A DNA stretch of 64,000 bases from Candidatus Enterousia sp. (GCA_045606425.1 JAZURV010000013.1:1199-65198), one strand, 5' to 3'; counted from the stretch's first letter, positions 37,845 through 46,988 are shown. Notes: generated by a model not told the origin, from the sequence alone. Numbers and translations: made by a program.

Positions 37845-38954
37845 ATGAATTTCTTTTCAGAAAACTGGTTCGATGCAACATCTAAATTTGCGAAATTAGC
37901 AATGCGCACAGGCGTCTTTTCTGCATATAAAAGCCCCGATATGAAATATGAAATAACATGTGTCACGATTGGGGACGGCGATAATAAAATTGTTATAAAT
38001 TCAGGTGTGCATGGTATAGAGGGATATTTTGGCAGCGCGGCTCAAAATATGCTTTTGTCGAATATGATTTCAAAAATATCAAACCAGGCGTTGGATAAAT
38101 TCAGTATAACACTGATTCATGTTATCAACGGTTGGGGAATGCAAAACAGAATGCGCGAAGTTTTTGATACAGAAAACGGCGGTCTGGTTGATTTAAACAG
38201 AAATTTTGGTATGGATTTTTCGCGTCCAGAACAATTGCCAGGCAACCCAAAATACGCGATTGCGCATCCTGTATTACTGTCGCGACCTGACAAGGTTATA
38301 AAGAAAAATGCAATTAAAGATTTCCGTCAGAAACATTTGAAAGATGGGGTCTGGTCGGCAATCAGTAATGGACAATATTATGAACCATACGGATTGTTTT
38401 ATGGCGGATGTCGACCAATGCCTGAAAATAATGCTGCAATGCGGATATATGATGATATTGTTGGAACAAATGCAAAATCTTTGATTTCGGTTGGATTGCA
38501 TACTGGATTGGGACGCTTTTATCGCCGTGCAGCAGAAGTTACCGGTACATTATTGGTGTCGCACCCGGAAACACACAAAAATACCCTGTTTTTTAAGAAT
38601 ATTTTGACCCCGAATATACCAATTGTACCCGACAATAATGCGGTGAACGGCCCTGTGTTATTGGGCGATTTGGTGGATTGTCTGGAAAACAGATATAAAA
38701 ACATTCCGGTTTATACGGCGGATTTTGAAATTGGCACAGGCGAATTTCCGATAATGTCGCCGATTTACAAGCGTATGGATATGGGGGATGCGCGTTATGA
38801 TTTGCTGCATTATGGAAAAATAAATGATGAAACATGGAACAATTTGACAGAAAGTTGGTATCCGTCAGACGTTCGATGGAAAAAAGCCGCCCTGCGGCAT
38901 GTTGAAATATTGTTTAATGATATTATATATTATATGAACAATAACGCACGATAA
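37845..38954 (+). CDS. M14-like metallopeptidase (DUF2817-type) homolog
   Basis: GVHG.EGY.GS and DLNRNF motifs are characteristic of the succinylglutamate desuccinylase / carboxypeptidase-like fold. The family assignment is from memory. Confidence 0.6.
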   Translation: MNFFSENWFDATSKFAKLAMRTGVFSAYKSPDMKYEITCVTIGDGDNKIVINSGVHGIEGYFGSAAQNMLLSNMISKISNQALDKFSITLIHVINGWGMQNRMREVFDTENGGLVDLNRNFGMDFSRPEQLPGNPKYAIAHPVLLSRPDKVIKKNAIKDFRQKHLKDGVWSAISNGQYYEPYGLFYGGCRPMPENNAAMRIYDDIVGTNAKSLISVGLHTGLGRFYRRAAEVTGTLLVSHPETHKNTLFFKNILTPNIPIVPDNNAVNGPVLLGDLVDCLENRYKNIPVYTADFEIGTGEFPIMSPIYKRMDMGDARYDLLHYGKINDETWNNLTESWYPSDVRWKKAALRHVEILFNDIIYYMNNNAR

Positions 38955-38966
38955 AAGGTGTTTGTA

Positions 38967-39215
38967 ATGAACGAAAAAAGAGTCGGGCATAAATGCTATG
39001 TGACACAGACAGAATCGAACAAGATAATGTCCGCGAATGCTCTGTTGGGTCGTATTGTAGATTTTATGGGGCACAATAAAATGTCTGCGGCGGATTTTCT
39101 GGTGCTGGAATCCATGACAAAGCAATTATCACAATGCAAAAATGGATTACCACGCAAAGTTTTGCGTGGCATGCAAACCAAATTTACCGCGATACAAAGC
39201 GAATCTCAGCGATAG
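38967..39215 (+). CDS. Hypothetical 82-aa protein
   Basis: ATG 8 nt after AAGG. No motif recognised. It abuts the tRNA-Gly repeat region. Confidence 0.3.
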   Translation: MNEKRVGHKCYVTQTESNKIMSANALLGRIVDFMGHNKMSAADFLVLESMTKQLSQCKNGLPRKVLRGMQTKFTAIQSESQR

Positions 39216-39372
39216 TTTTTTTCTTTCATTTATATTTATAACTGTGTCAGCAAGGGTTTTGCTGCCGGATGTGCCAGGAATTGTGCGAACGACTGCGGCA
39301 TCAACGCCCAGTACTACTCCGCCCTGCGCGGGGGGCTGTTTGGGTCTGTGCGGCGACAGAATTAAAGAATAT

Positions 39373-39448
39373 GTTGCCGCATACCATAAATTAAACCGAC
39401 ACAAAGGTCGGTTGAATTTTTGGTGCGGGCAAAGGGAATCCCTCGGCA
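39373..39448 (-). repeat. Direct repeat copy 1: terminator hairpin plus a 20-nt copy of the tRNA-Gly 3' end
   Basis: It contains TGGTGCGGGCAAAGGGAATC (39421-39440), identical to the 3' end of the tRNA at 39772-39791, preceded by the hairpin AAACCGACACAAAGGTCGGTT. About 93% identical to copy 2 by eye. Confidence 0.85.
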
Positions 39449-39540
39449 CTTTGTGTCTGCGCGTAAACCGTGACGATTTCGGTGCGTTATCACTTCCGAA
39501 ATCTACTTGTTTACGAACCCTTTTTACCGGGTTCTCTTCC

Positions 39541-39615
39541 GTTGCCGCATGCCATAAATTAAACCGACACAATGTCGGTTGAATTTCTGGTGCGGGCAAA
39601 GGGAATCCCTCGGCA
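39541..39615 (-). repeat. Direct repeat copy 2: terminator hairpin plus a 20-nt copy of the tRNA-Gly 3' end
   Basis: TGGTGCGGGCAAAGGGAATC at 39588-39607, preceded by the hairpin AAACCGACACAATGTCGGTT. Spaced 167-168 nt from copy 1. Confidence 0.85.
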
Positions 39616-39771
39616 TAAATGCCTGCGGGGCATTCGTTAGCGTTCAAACTTCGCTTTTGCTCGTTTTCACTTACTCATAGTCGAACCTTTCGTTGCTAAC
39701 GCAACTCTATTCGGGTTCGCTTCCGTGCCCGACAAGGCAAAAATTAAACCGGCAAAAGCCGGTTGAATTTT

Positions 39772-39845
39772 TGGTGCGGGCAAAGGGAATCGAACCCTCG
39801 TCTAAAGCTTGGGAAGCTTTCGTTCTGCCATTATACCATGCCCGC
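39772..39845 (-). tRNA. tRNA-Gly (anticodon CCC), CCA encoded
   Basis: Minus strand reads GCGGGCA-TG-GTAT-AATGGCA-GAAC-G-AAAGC-TTCCCAA-GCTTT-AGAC-GAGGG-TTCGATT-CCCTT-TGCCCGC-A-CCA. This is a clean cloverleaf, close to E. coli tRNA-Gly(CCC). Confidence 0.93.
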
Positions 39846-39940
39846 AATTGACTATGCGGGTTATCCTAAATCATTTCTTATAAAAAGTCTAGGGGTTTTT
39901 GATGCTGGGTTTCCAATAATATTAAAAGATTAACAAATAT

Positions 39941-39969
39941 TTGACTTTTTGTAAAAATTAGTACATAAT
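39941..39969 (+). promoter_or_regulatory. Sigma70-like promoter of the rpsP operon
   Basis: TTGACT-17 nt-CATAAT, leaving a 5' UTR of about 155 nt before the rpsP ATG. Confidence 0.55.
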
Positions 39970-40129
39970 TGGTACGCAAATCCCAAAGATTGCTATTACA
40001 GAAAAACCTGTGTGCGGTATGCGCAAGGAACATCATCCGACGAGTTTTCGTTCTTGATGTGCGGTTTCCTGTGTATGTATTTTGGGAAAACAAGATAACT
40101 ATATAACTAAAAAAAACAAGGAGCAAAAA

Positions 40130-40579
40130 ATGGCAACAGTTATCAGATTGGCGCGTTATGGTGCAAAAAAACGCCCTTACTATCATGTGGTCGTCACAGA
40201 TTCACGTAACGCGCGTAATTCAGGTGCGATTTTGGAAACAGTTGGTAAATATAACCCAATGTTGGCAAAAGATGATGAAAAACGCGTCGTTTTGAATGTT
40301 GAAAAAATCAAAGAATGGATGTCAAAGGGTGCAAAACCATCTGACCGTGTTTATAAATTCTTGGTAAATGCAGGTTTGGTTGCTGCTAAGCCAATTCCAA
40401 ATCAAACCAAGAAAAATCAGCCATCTGAAAAAACACAGATGAAGGCAAAAGATAAAGCCGATAAATTGGCAAAAATCGCAGAAGAAAAAGCCGCGGCCGA
40501 GGCTGCCGCAAAGGCTGCTGCAGAAGCCCCAGCAGAAGCACCTGCTGAAGAATCTGCAACTGAAACTGTTGCTGAATAA
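40130..40579 (+). CDS. rpsP: 30S ribosomal protein S16 with an Ala/Glu/Lys-rich C-terminal extension
   Basis: MATVIRLARYGAKKRPYYHVVV.DSR..R.G. Start at the ATG after AAGGAG. The ORF track start at 40082 is rejected. Confidence 0.95.
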   Translation: MATVIRLARYGAKKRPYYHVVVTDSRNARNSGAILETVGKYNPMLAKDDEKRVVLNVEKIKEWMSKGAKPSDRVYKFLVNAGLVAAKPIPNQTKKNQPSEKTQMKAKDKADKLAKIAEEKAAAEAAAKAAAEAPAEAPAEESATETVAE

Positions 40580-40596
40580 TTATCAGGAGTATGCCT

Positions 40597-40911
40597 ATGA
40601 AAAACGTTTATGTTGCACCAAAATTGGAAGTTACAAAAATATCTGTGACCTCTGTTTTGGTGTCGTCCGTTGTGGATGAAAAAGAAACTCTTTTTGCAAA
40701 GACCTGCCAAGAAGGTTGGACTTTTCAACGCTGCCCGTTTAATAATAAATGGTGTTATGATAAACAAAAACGTTTTAACGAATGGCGCGAAATGATAGAA
40801 TACTGTGCAAAAAACAATATCAATCGGACTTTCTTTACTGGTTCAAAAGACTGTTGTCCGCACGGGTATCACACATTATGTGCAGATTATAAACAAAAAC
40901 AACGCGGATAA
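40597..40911 (+). CDS. Hypothetical small Cys/Trp-rich protein inserted between rpsP and rimM
   Basis: AGGAG lies 7 nt before the ATG at 40597. 7 Cys in 104 aa. The stop TAA lies 1 nt before the rimM ATG. Confidence 0.45.
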   Translation: MKNVYVAPKLEVTKISVTSVLVSSVVDEKETLFAKTCQEGWTFQRCPFNNKWCYDKQKRFNEWREMIEYCAKNNINRTFFTGSKDCCPHGYHTLCADYKQKQRG

Positions 40912-40912
40912 A

Positions 40913-41374
40913 ATGTCTGATGATGATAAAATCTTGGTTGGTAAAATTGTTGCACCCCAGGGAATTCGTGGTGAATTTCGGGTGCAAAGTTTTGCACAAT
41001 CGCCAAATGATTTTCAGAAATTTCATATTGTGTGTGATAAATGTGATGCGTCTGAATTTCATTTTGTGCGTGTGTTAAAACCAAATCTTATTATCGCAAA
41101 AATCGACGGCATCAACGACAGAAACTCAGTGGAATCTTTGCGCGGGACAGGTTTGTTTGTTTTGCGTGATGATTTGCCTGAATTAAATTCTGACGAATAT
41201 TACCAGGCGGATTTAATCGGTTTTGATGTTGTTCGTGATGGTAAAAAAATCGGTGTTGTCGATGGCTTTCAAAATTTTGGTGCCGGTGATATCGTTGAAT
41301 TGGATAATGGTGAAATGGTGTCTTTTGTCGGTGCAGATGTTGATATGAAAAATAAAGTTTTGATAGTAAAATAA
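40913..41374 (+). CDS. rimM: Ribosome maturation factor RimM
   Basis: ILVGKIVAPQGIRGEFRV N-terminus plus a PRC-barrel C-terminus. Start at the internal ATG. The ORF track start at 40805 overlaps the inserted ORF. Confidence 0.88.
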   Translation: MSDDDKILVGKIVAPQGIRGEFRVQSFAQSPNDFQKFHIVCDKCDASEFHFVRVLKPNLIIAKIDGINDRNSVESLRGTGLFVLRDDLPELNSDEYYQADLIGFDVVRDGKKIGVVDGFQNFGAGDIVELDNGEMVSFVGADVDMKNKVLIVK

Positions 41375-41387
41375 GGAAAAAATATAA

Positions 41388-41639
41388 ATGAGAAGAATTT
41401 ATCTGAATGACGAAGCAATTAAAATGAATATAAGGTGCGGTCTTATGCCACAGGCCGATTGTCCAGCTATTGTTTGGGCAAAACAAAATGGTATAAGTTG
41501 CAAAAAAAATCATGATGTATTCTTTGAATATGTCAGCATACATTTACGCACAGGAAAAACAAAAAAAGCACAGGTCACAAAACAAATACAAAACATTTGC
41601 GATAAATGCAAATTCGGCGATAAAGAAAAAACACGTTAA
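41388..41639 (+). CDS. Hypothetical 83-aa basic Cys-containing protein inserted between rimM and trmD
   Basis: GGAAAAAA precedes the ATG. The stop lies directly before the trmD ATG at 41641. 5 Cys, including a CDKC pair. Confidence 0.4.
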   Translation: MRRIYLNDEAIKMNIRCGLMPQADCPAIVWAKQNGISCKKNHDVFFEYVSIHLRTGKTKKAQVTKQIQNICDKCKFGDKEKTR

Positions 41640-41640
41640 A

Positions 41641-42330
41641 ATGCACTTTAATATACTGACCGTTTTTCCAGAAATGTTTCCAGGAACCCTGGGCGGGGGC
41701 GTGGTTGGTCGCGCGTTGGAACGCGGGATTTGGTCGTATAATGCGATAAATATTCGTGATTTTGCAATAAACAACTATGGCAGTGTTGATGACGAACAAT
41801 TTGGGGGTGGCGCCGGTATGGTTATGCGACCTGATGTGTTAGGCAACGCATTGGATAGTGTCAAAAATCCGGGGAAAATTATATTCTTTTCGCCGCGCGG
41901 GAAAGTTTTGACACAAAAATTAGTGCACGAATACGCAAAATATGATACAATAACCCTGCTCTGTGGTCGGTACGAAGGAATTGACCAGCGGGTTATCGAC
42001 GAATATGACATCGAAGAAGTGTCTATCGGCGATTATGTTTTATCTGGCGGCGAAATTGCAGCACAAGTTTTTGTTGACACTGCCGTTCGCGTGTTGGATA
42101 ATGTGTTGGGTGGTGGCAGTGAAGCCGTCCAAAATGAAAGTTTTGAAATCGGCGGGTTGGAATGGCCATTATATACCCGTCCGTCAGTATGGCGTGGACA
42201 TAAAGTCCCAGAAGTCCTGCTGTCCGGTCACCATGGCAATATCGAACGGTGGCGGAAACAACAATCGGTTGACATAACAAAAGAACGTCGGCCGGATTTA
42301 ATAAAGGAAAATGAAAATGAGCATAATTAA
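41641..42330 (+). CDS. trmD: tRNA (guanine37-N1)-methyltransferase TrmD
   Basis: [38 protein letters not shown] and [11 protein letters not shown] motifs. Confidence 0.95.
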   Translation: MHFNILTVFPEMFPGTLGGGVVGRALERGIWSYNAINIRDFAINNYGSVDDEQFGGGAGMVMRPDVLGNALDSVKNPGKIIFFSPRGKVLTQKLVHEYAKYDTITLLCGRYEGIDQRVIDEYDIEEVSIGDYVLSGGEIAAQVFVDTAVRVLDNVLGGGSEAVQNESFEIGGLEWPLYTRPSVWRGHKVPEVLLSGHHGNIERWRKQQSVDITKERRPDLIKENENEHN

Positions 42331-42709
42331 AAAAATCGAACAAGAACAAGTTGCCAAATTAAAAGGCGACAAAGTTATCCCTGCTTTCAAGGCTGGTGAT
42401 ACAGTGAAAGTTCATGTTAAAATTAAAGATGGTGATAAATTCCGTATTCAATTGTTCGAAGGTGTGGTTATCGCACGCGACGGTGGAACCGGAAACAATG
42501 CGTCCTTTACAGTGCGCCGTGAATCTTATGGTGTGGGCGTAGAACGCAAATTCCCATTGTACAGCCCGGCAATCGAAAAGATTGAAAAGGTTCGCGTCGG
42601 TAAAGTCCGTCGTTCGAAATTGTTCTTCTTGCGCGGTTTGTCTGGCAAAAAGGCTCGTATCGTTGAAGATTTGTCTGCAAAGGCTAAGAACGCCAGCGAA
42701 GATAAATAA
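42311..42709 (+). CDS. rplS: 50S ribosomal protein L19
   Basis: F..GD.V.V......G...R.Q.FEG.VIA.......SFTVR....G.GVER.FPL.SP. The start could instead be the second ATG at 42317. Confidence 0.93.
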   Translation: MKMSIIKKIEQEQVAKLKGDKVIPAFKAGDTVKVHVKIKDGDKFRIQLFEGVVIARDGGTGNNASFTVRRESYGVGVERKFPLYSPAIEKIEKVRVGKVRRSKLFFLRGLSGKKARIVEDLSAKAKNASEDK

Positions 42710-42734
42710 TTCAGTACTAAAAAGGGGGTGTAAA

Positions 42735-43094
42735 ATGAACATATCAAAATTGCTGTGTTTGTTTATAACACCCCTGTTCTTTTTGTGTAATTCCCCTGCT
42801 TTTGCATATATTGAAAAAGATGTGGCGGTTTTGCGTGTTATGAACAAGGCTGCCGGTAAAACACAGGTTGTGCGTGGTCATGTTGGTGAAAGTGTCCGCA
42901 TAGACGGATTGACCATAACGACAAGAAACTGTAAACAAAGCGACCCGTTTGATGCGGAAAACTTTTTCGCATTTGTCGAAATATATACAAAAACAGATGA
43001 CAGAATTTATAGTGGTTGGATGAATCGTAACGAACCCGGTCAAAACCCATTACAAGACGACACTTATGATGTATGGTTGGAACGGTGTGAATAA
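42735..43094 (+). CDS. DUF2155-like secreted protein
   Basis: Signal peptide MNISKLLCLFITPLFFLCNSPAFA, then VLRVMNK..G......G..V...GL.I....C...... AF.EI......I.SGWM and YDVW...C, as I remember for DUF2155. Confidence 0.7.
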   Translation: MNISKLLCLFITPLFFLCNSPAFAYIEKDVAVLRVMNKAAGKTQVVRGHVGESVRIDGLTITTRNCKQSDPFDAENFFAFVEIYTKTDDRIYSGWMNRNEPGQNPLQDDTYDVWLERCE

Positions 43095-43097
43095 AAA

Positions 43098-43433
43098 ATG
43101 ACAGTAAATATACAACAAATAAAATTGTTTATAAAGGCGTCAATTATTATTGCTGTTTTGGCAATTTTTATTGTTTTGGGTATATTTGTTCGCCCGACAA
43201 GCAGTTTTGAAAACGCGCGCATGGGCAAATGGACGACGATGAATGATATGCAGCGTCAGACAGCAATCGGTCGAATTGTAAAAGATTTCGATGGGGACGA
43301 AATATTGGTAAAATGCGTTGATAAAATTGCGCAATTACCCGACAGTAATGAAATGCTGATACGCGATGCAATTGTACTGTGTCACGGTGGAATTCAAATG
43401 AATCTGGAACATGTATCAGATGAAGCGGAATAA
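43098..43433 (+). CDS. Hypothetical membrane-anchored 111-aa protein
   Basis: One N-terminal TM helix. No domain recognised. Confidence 0.4.
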   Translation: MTVNIQQIKLFIKASIIIAVLAIFIVLGIFVRPTSSFENARMGKWTTMNDMQRQTAIGRIVKDFDGDEILVKCVDKIAQLPDSNEMLIRDAIVLCHGGIQMNLEHVSDEAE

Positions 43434-44103
43434 TTTATTTGTTCTGATATTGTTGTGTTCGTGCTCTGGAACGAATAATTATATCGGCGCAAAATATCTT
43501 GGGAAACCGTATATTTCTAATCCTTTGGGCGAAGAAAAACTGCCGGACGCTGACCCGTTGGTTCGTGTTGATGGGTTCGATTGTACAACCTTTGTTGAAA
43601 CTTCTTTGGCAGATGGTAATATTAAAAAGTTAAATCAAATCAGATATAAAAACGGCGAAATAGACATTCTGCATCGCAATCATTTTATTGAAACAGATTG
43701 GTTGAACAATAATGGTTTTGAAAATGTCAGTCGTCATTATGGAAAAACGATGTTGCGTCATGTTGTGACAGATAAAAAATCTTGGTTTAAACGCGTATAT
43801 GGTATAGATACTGATTTTGAAAAACAAAGCGCCGATATAGAATATATACCGTATAAAAATTTATCAAAAATAGATATACAATCGCCGATAATTGTGCTAT
43901 TTATACATGACGGAAAAGGTTTTGTTGATAAAATCGGAACCGATTTAGCAGTTGTTCATATGGGATTTTTGTTGCCTGGAAATATACTGCGGCATGCGTC
44001 CAAAAAACACGGACATGTGATAGATGTGGATTTTGATAAATATATCAACAAACATAAACAAAACAAACACAATCTGGGAATAACTTTGGTGAAAATAAAA
44101 TGA
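43411..44103 (+). CDS. DUF1460-like (amidase-like) putative lipoprotein
   Basis: N-terminal LILLCSCSG, then G..YLG.PY..NPLGE and VDGFDCTTFVETSLA, which I associate with the DUF1460 / N-acetylmuramoyl-L-alanine amidase-like fold. Confidence 0.55.
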   Translation: MYQMKRNNLFVLILLCSCSGTNNYIGAKYLGKPYISNPLGEEKLPDADPLVRVDGFDCTTFVETSLADGNIKKLNQIRYKNGEIDILHRNHFIETDWLNNNGFENVSRHYGKTMLRHVVTDKKSWFKRVYGIDTDFEKQSADIEYIPYKNLSKIDIQSPIIVLFIHDGKGFVDKIGTDLAVVHMGFLLPGNILRHASKKHGHVIDVDFDKYINKHKQNKHNLGITLVKIK

Positions 44104-45224
44104 ATGAAGAAAAACTGATTATAACCGATATGGGCGCCAGCACAGAACACAAAAATTCTGGTCAAACAACTTTGTGTCTGGGGATTGAATCGTCGTGTGA
44201 CGAAACCAGTGCTGCGATTGTGGACAGAGACAGAAATATTTTATCGCATATTATTTATTCACAAATCCCAGAACATCAAAAATATGGTGGCGTTGTTCCT
44301 GAATTGGCGGCGCGCGCACATATATTGGCTATTGACGAAGTTATTAAACTAACGCTGGAACGCGCAGGTAAAACAATCAACGATATAGATGTTATTGCAG
44401 CGACGGCGGGGCCAGGTTTGATTGGCGGGGTTTTGGTTGGATGGATGGCTGCCACTGGAATTGCAAATGCCACAAACAAACCGTTGGTTGCCGTGAATCA
44501 TTTGGAAGGACATGCATTGGTGCCACGATTAAAGGCTGCGTCTGCCAGTGATTCTGCAACAAATATCGATGTGGAATTTCCGTATTTGTTGATGTTGGCG
44601 TCGGGCGGACATTGTCAGATTTTGTTGGTACACGGCGTTGGCAAATACGAACTGATTGGGCAAACACTGGACGACAGCGCTGGCGAAGCCTTTGACAAGA
44701 TTTCTAAAATGTTGGGATTGGGTTATCCTGGGGGACCAATTGTTGATAAACGCGCACAAATGGGAAATCCAAAACGATTCCATTTTCCGCGACCATTATG
44801 TGATAAACCCGGATGTGATTTTTCTTTTTCTGGGATAAAAACTGCGGCGCGTATGATGTTGGATAAAACACCGCAATCCGATATAGACGATGAATTTATA
44901 AACGATTTTTGTGCATCATTTCAAACTGCTGTTGTGGATTGCATAACAAACAGATTGCATAATGCGCTGAGTGATGAACGCGTTAAAAACGCAAATCCAA
45001 AAACAATGGTTGTTGCAGGCGGTGTTGCAAAGAACAGTGCCGTGCGCGCAGCGATGGAAAAATTAGCGCAAAAATCAAACATGTTGTTTGCTGCGCCACC
45101 AATGAATTTGTGTACTGATAACGGTGCGATGATTGCATGGGCGGGTTTGGAAAATTATCGTATTGGGAATATTGTACATGAACCCGTTGCGCCCCGCCCC
45201 CGTTGGCCATTGACTGAATTATAG
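44100..45224 (+). CDS. tsaD: tRNA N6-adenosine threonylcarbamoyltransferase TsaD
   Basis: LGIESSCDETSAAIV, HLEGH, ASGGH and GGVAKN motifs of the Kae1/TsaD family. Confidence 0.93.
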   Translation: MNEEKLIITDMGASTEHKNSGQTTLCLGIESSCDETSAAIVDRDRNILSHIIYSQIPEHQKYGGVVPELAARAHILAIDEVIKLTLERAGKTINDIDVIAATAGPGLIGGVLVGWMAATGIANATNKPLVAVNHLEGHALVPRLKAASASDSATNIDVEFPYLLMLASGGHCQILLVHGVGKYELIGQTLDDSAGEAFDKISKMLGLGYPGGPIVDKRAQMGNPKRFHFPRPLCDKPGCDFSFSGIKTAARMMLDKTPQSDIDDEFINDFCASFQTAVVDCITNRLHNALSDERVKNANPKTMVVAGGVAKNSAVRAAMEKLAQKSNMLFAAPPMNLCTDNGAMIAWAGLENYRIGNIVHEPVAPRPRWPLTEL

Positions 45225-45245
45225 AATGTGGTATAATGTATAACC

Positions 45246-45752
45246 ATGGAACCTGCAAAAGAAAAGTTTTTCGAAGACGCAACAAAAAAACTGTTGAAAA
45301 TGATAGATTCAATGGGGTTGGAAAAATTGCAGCGCATGCGTGCAAAAAATTTTACATTGTTGTTTCGTGATTCTTTCAAATTACCAGATGTCAGACATCA
45401 GACTTTTTGGGCAGATTTGGGCGACGAAGGTATGGCAAAATTGACATATGATTCTGATGGTTTTTGTCGTGCAGCCAGTTTGAATTTTGCCAAACTGATG
45501 GGAAATACAAAAGAATGGCAACTGATGTATATTGACCGTATATGGCTTTATGGGCCACATCATTATCTGTTGCATGTACCGTCAAAAACAATTCTGGATT
45601 TAACCTATGACCAGTATGACCATGCAAAAATGTATATTCCGTATTATTTGGGAAAACCAATAGATATGAACACCTATGAAAACGATGTTGCTGACCGGTT
45701 TTTTGACGCATTGAATTTACAGGCGTTTATGCCAAACAACCAAAAAGACTAA
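45246..45752 (+). CDS. Hypothetical 168-aa protein
   Basis: ORF tightly packed between tsaD and xseA. No domain recognised. Confidence 0.4.
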   Translation: MEPAKEKFFEDATKKLLKMIDSMGLEKLQRMRAKNFTLLFRDSFKLPDVRHQTFWADLGDEGMAKLTYDSDGFCRAASLNFAKLMGNTKEWQLMYIDRIWLYGPHHYLLHVPSKTILDLTYDQYDHAKMYIPYYLGKPIDMNTYENDVADRFFDALNLQAFMPNNQKD

Positions 45753-45755
45753 TTT

Positions 45756-46988
45756 ATGTTGCCTAAACCAGAACCTTTTGTTAAACCAGATATGATATTC
45801 AGTGTTTCTGATGCGTCAATGCTGTTGAAAAAAGTTGTTGAAACTGCATTCCCAGAAATTCGTATTCGTGGCGAATTGTCACAGATAACGCACGCATCGT
45901 CTGGACATTTGTATATGACAATTAAAGATGCCAATGCGGCGATAAATGCGATTATTTGGCGCGGAACACCTGTTGGTTTTAAATTGGAAGAAGGCGCAGA
46001 AGTCATCGTGACTGGACGCTTTACAACATATCCTGCGCGCAGTAATTATCAAATTATAATATCATCGATTGAAATGGCAGGCGTTGGTGCAATACTGAAA
46101 ATGCTGGAAGAAAGGAAACAAAAACTGGCGGCCGAAGGATTGTTTGATGCGTCGCGCAAAAAGCCTTTGCCACGATTCCCGCAAACAATTGGTGTCGTGA
46201 CCAGTCCGACAGGCGCAGCGTTTCAGGATATACAAAATCGTTTGCGTGAAAGATTTCCTGTGCGCGTGTTGTTGTACCCCGCGACGGTTCAGGGCGTCAC
46301 TGCCGCGGCAGAGGTTGCCGCCGGTATAGAATATTTTAACCGCATGAATAATGTTGATGTTATTATTGTTGCGCGCGGTGGCGGTGCGTTGGAAGATTTG
46401 CTGCCCTTTTCCGAAGAAATTGTTGTGCGCGCTGCAGCAGCCAGTCATATTCCTTTGATTTCTGGCGTTGGGCACGAACCCGATTGGATGTTGATAGATT
46501 TTGCCGCCGATGTGCGTGCACCAACCCCAACGGGTGCGGCAGAAATGGTTGTTCCGACCAAATTGTCATTGGTTCAGGAACTGGATAATTTGTCGCACCG
46601 TTTGAATACAGCGTTTGCAACAAATTTGATAAATTTAAAACGCAGTTTGACGAATATAAACCTGAAAAGTCCCAAACAAGTTTTAATGGAACAATCGCAA
46701 AAATTGGACGATTTAATGCGGACTATGAATATTGTTATGGATAAAAAATTGCAATATGTTCATCAACGTATTGAATTAGTGTCGCGTTTTCCGACGATTT
46801 TAACAGCCAGATTTGCTGTGCTAAATCAAACCATAAATCACATGGGACAAATGCTGAATTCGTTGTCATATAAAAATGTTTTACAGCGCGGGTACGCGAT
46901 TGTGCGGGATAAAGACAATAAAATAGTCAGTACTTCTTCGGCTGTCCCGGCATCCATTGAATTTGCCGATGGTGTGTTGAAATTATAA
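45756..46988 (+). CDS. xseA: Exodeoxyribonuclease VII large subunit
   Basis: N-terminal OB fold (VRGE.S......SGH.Y..LKD), then P..IGVVTS.TGAA..D, ARGGG..EDL..F.E and a C-terminal coiled coil. Confidence 0.9.
   Translation: MLPKPEPFVKPDMIFSVSDASMLLKKVVETAFPEIRIRGELSQITHASSGHLYMTIKDANAAINAIIWRGTPVGFKLEEGAEVIVTGRFTTYPARSNYQIIISSIEMAGVGAILKMLEERKQKLAAEGLFDASRKKPLPRFPQTIGVVTSPTGAAFQDIQNRLRERFPVRVLLYPATVQGVTAAAEVAAGIEYFNRMNNVDVIIVARGGGALEDLLPFSEEIVVRAAAASHIPLISGVGHEPDWMLIDFAADVRAPTPTGAAEMVVPTKLSLVQELDNLSHRLNTAFATNLINLKRSLTNINLKSPKQVLMEQSQKLDDLMRTMNIVMDKKLQYVHQRIELVSRFPTILTARFAVLNQTINHMGQMLNSLSYKNVLQRGYAIVRDKDNKIVSTSSAVPASIEFADGVLKL

Noticed and set aside
39240-39380. Possible SRP (4.5S) or 6S RNA in the GC-rich segment next to the repeats
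   Set aside because: Neither strand has the conserved helix-8 signature (GGAA tetraloop with ...GGAAGCAGC...). I also could not build the long imperfect duplex with a central bubble expected of 6S RNA.
39142-39647. 146-aa (plus) and 166-aa (minus) ORFs across the tRNA-Gly repeat region
   Set aside because: They run through the duplicated tRNA 3' ends and terminator hairpins. Their repeated peptide segments simply reflect the DNA repeats, and there is no RBS. The region is better explained as RNA or att-like repeats.
37845-39845. Calling the segment next to tRNA-Gly an integrated genomic island or mobile element
   Set aside because: There is no integrase, excisionase, transposase or phage gene in the flanks. 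Only att-like repeats remain, so I reported it as a repeat or scar rather than a mobile element.
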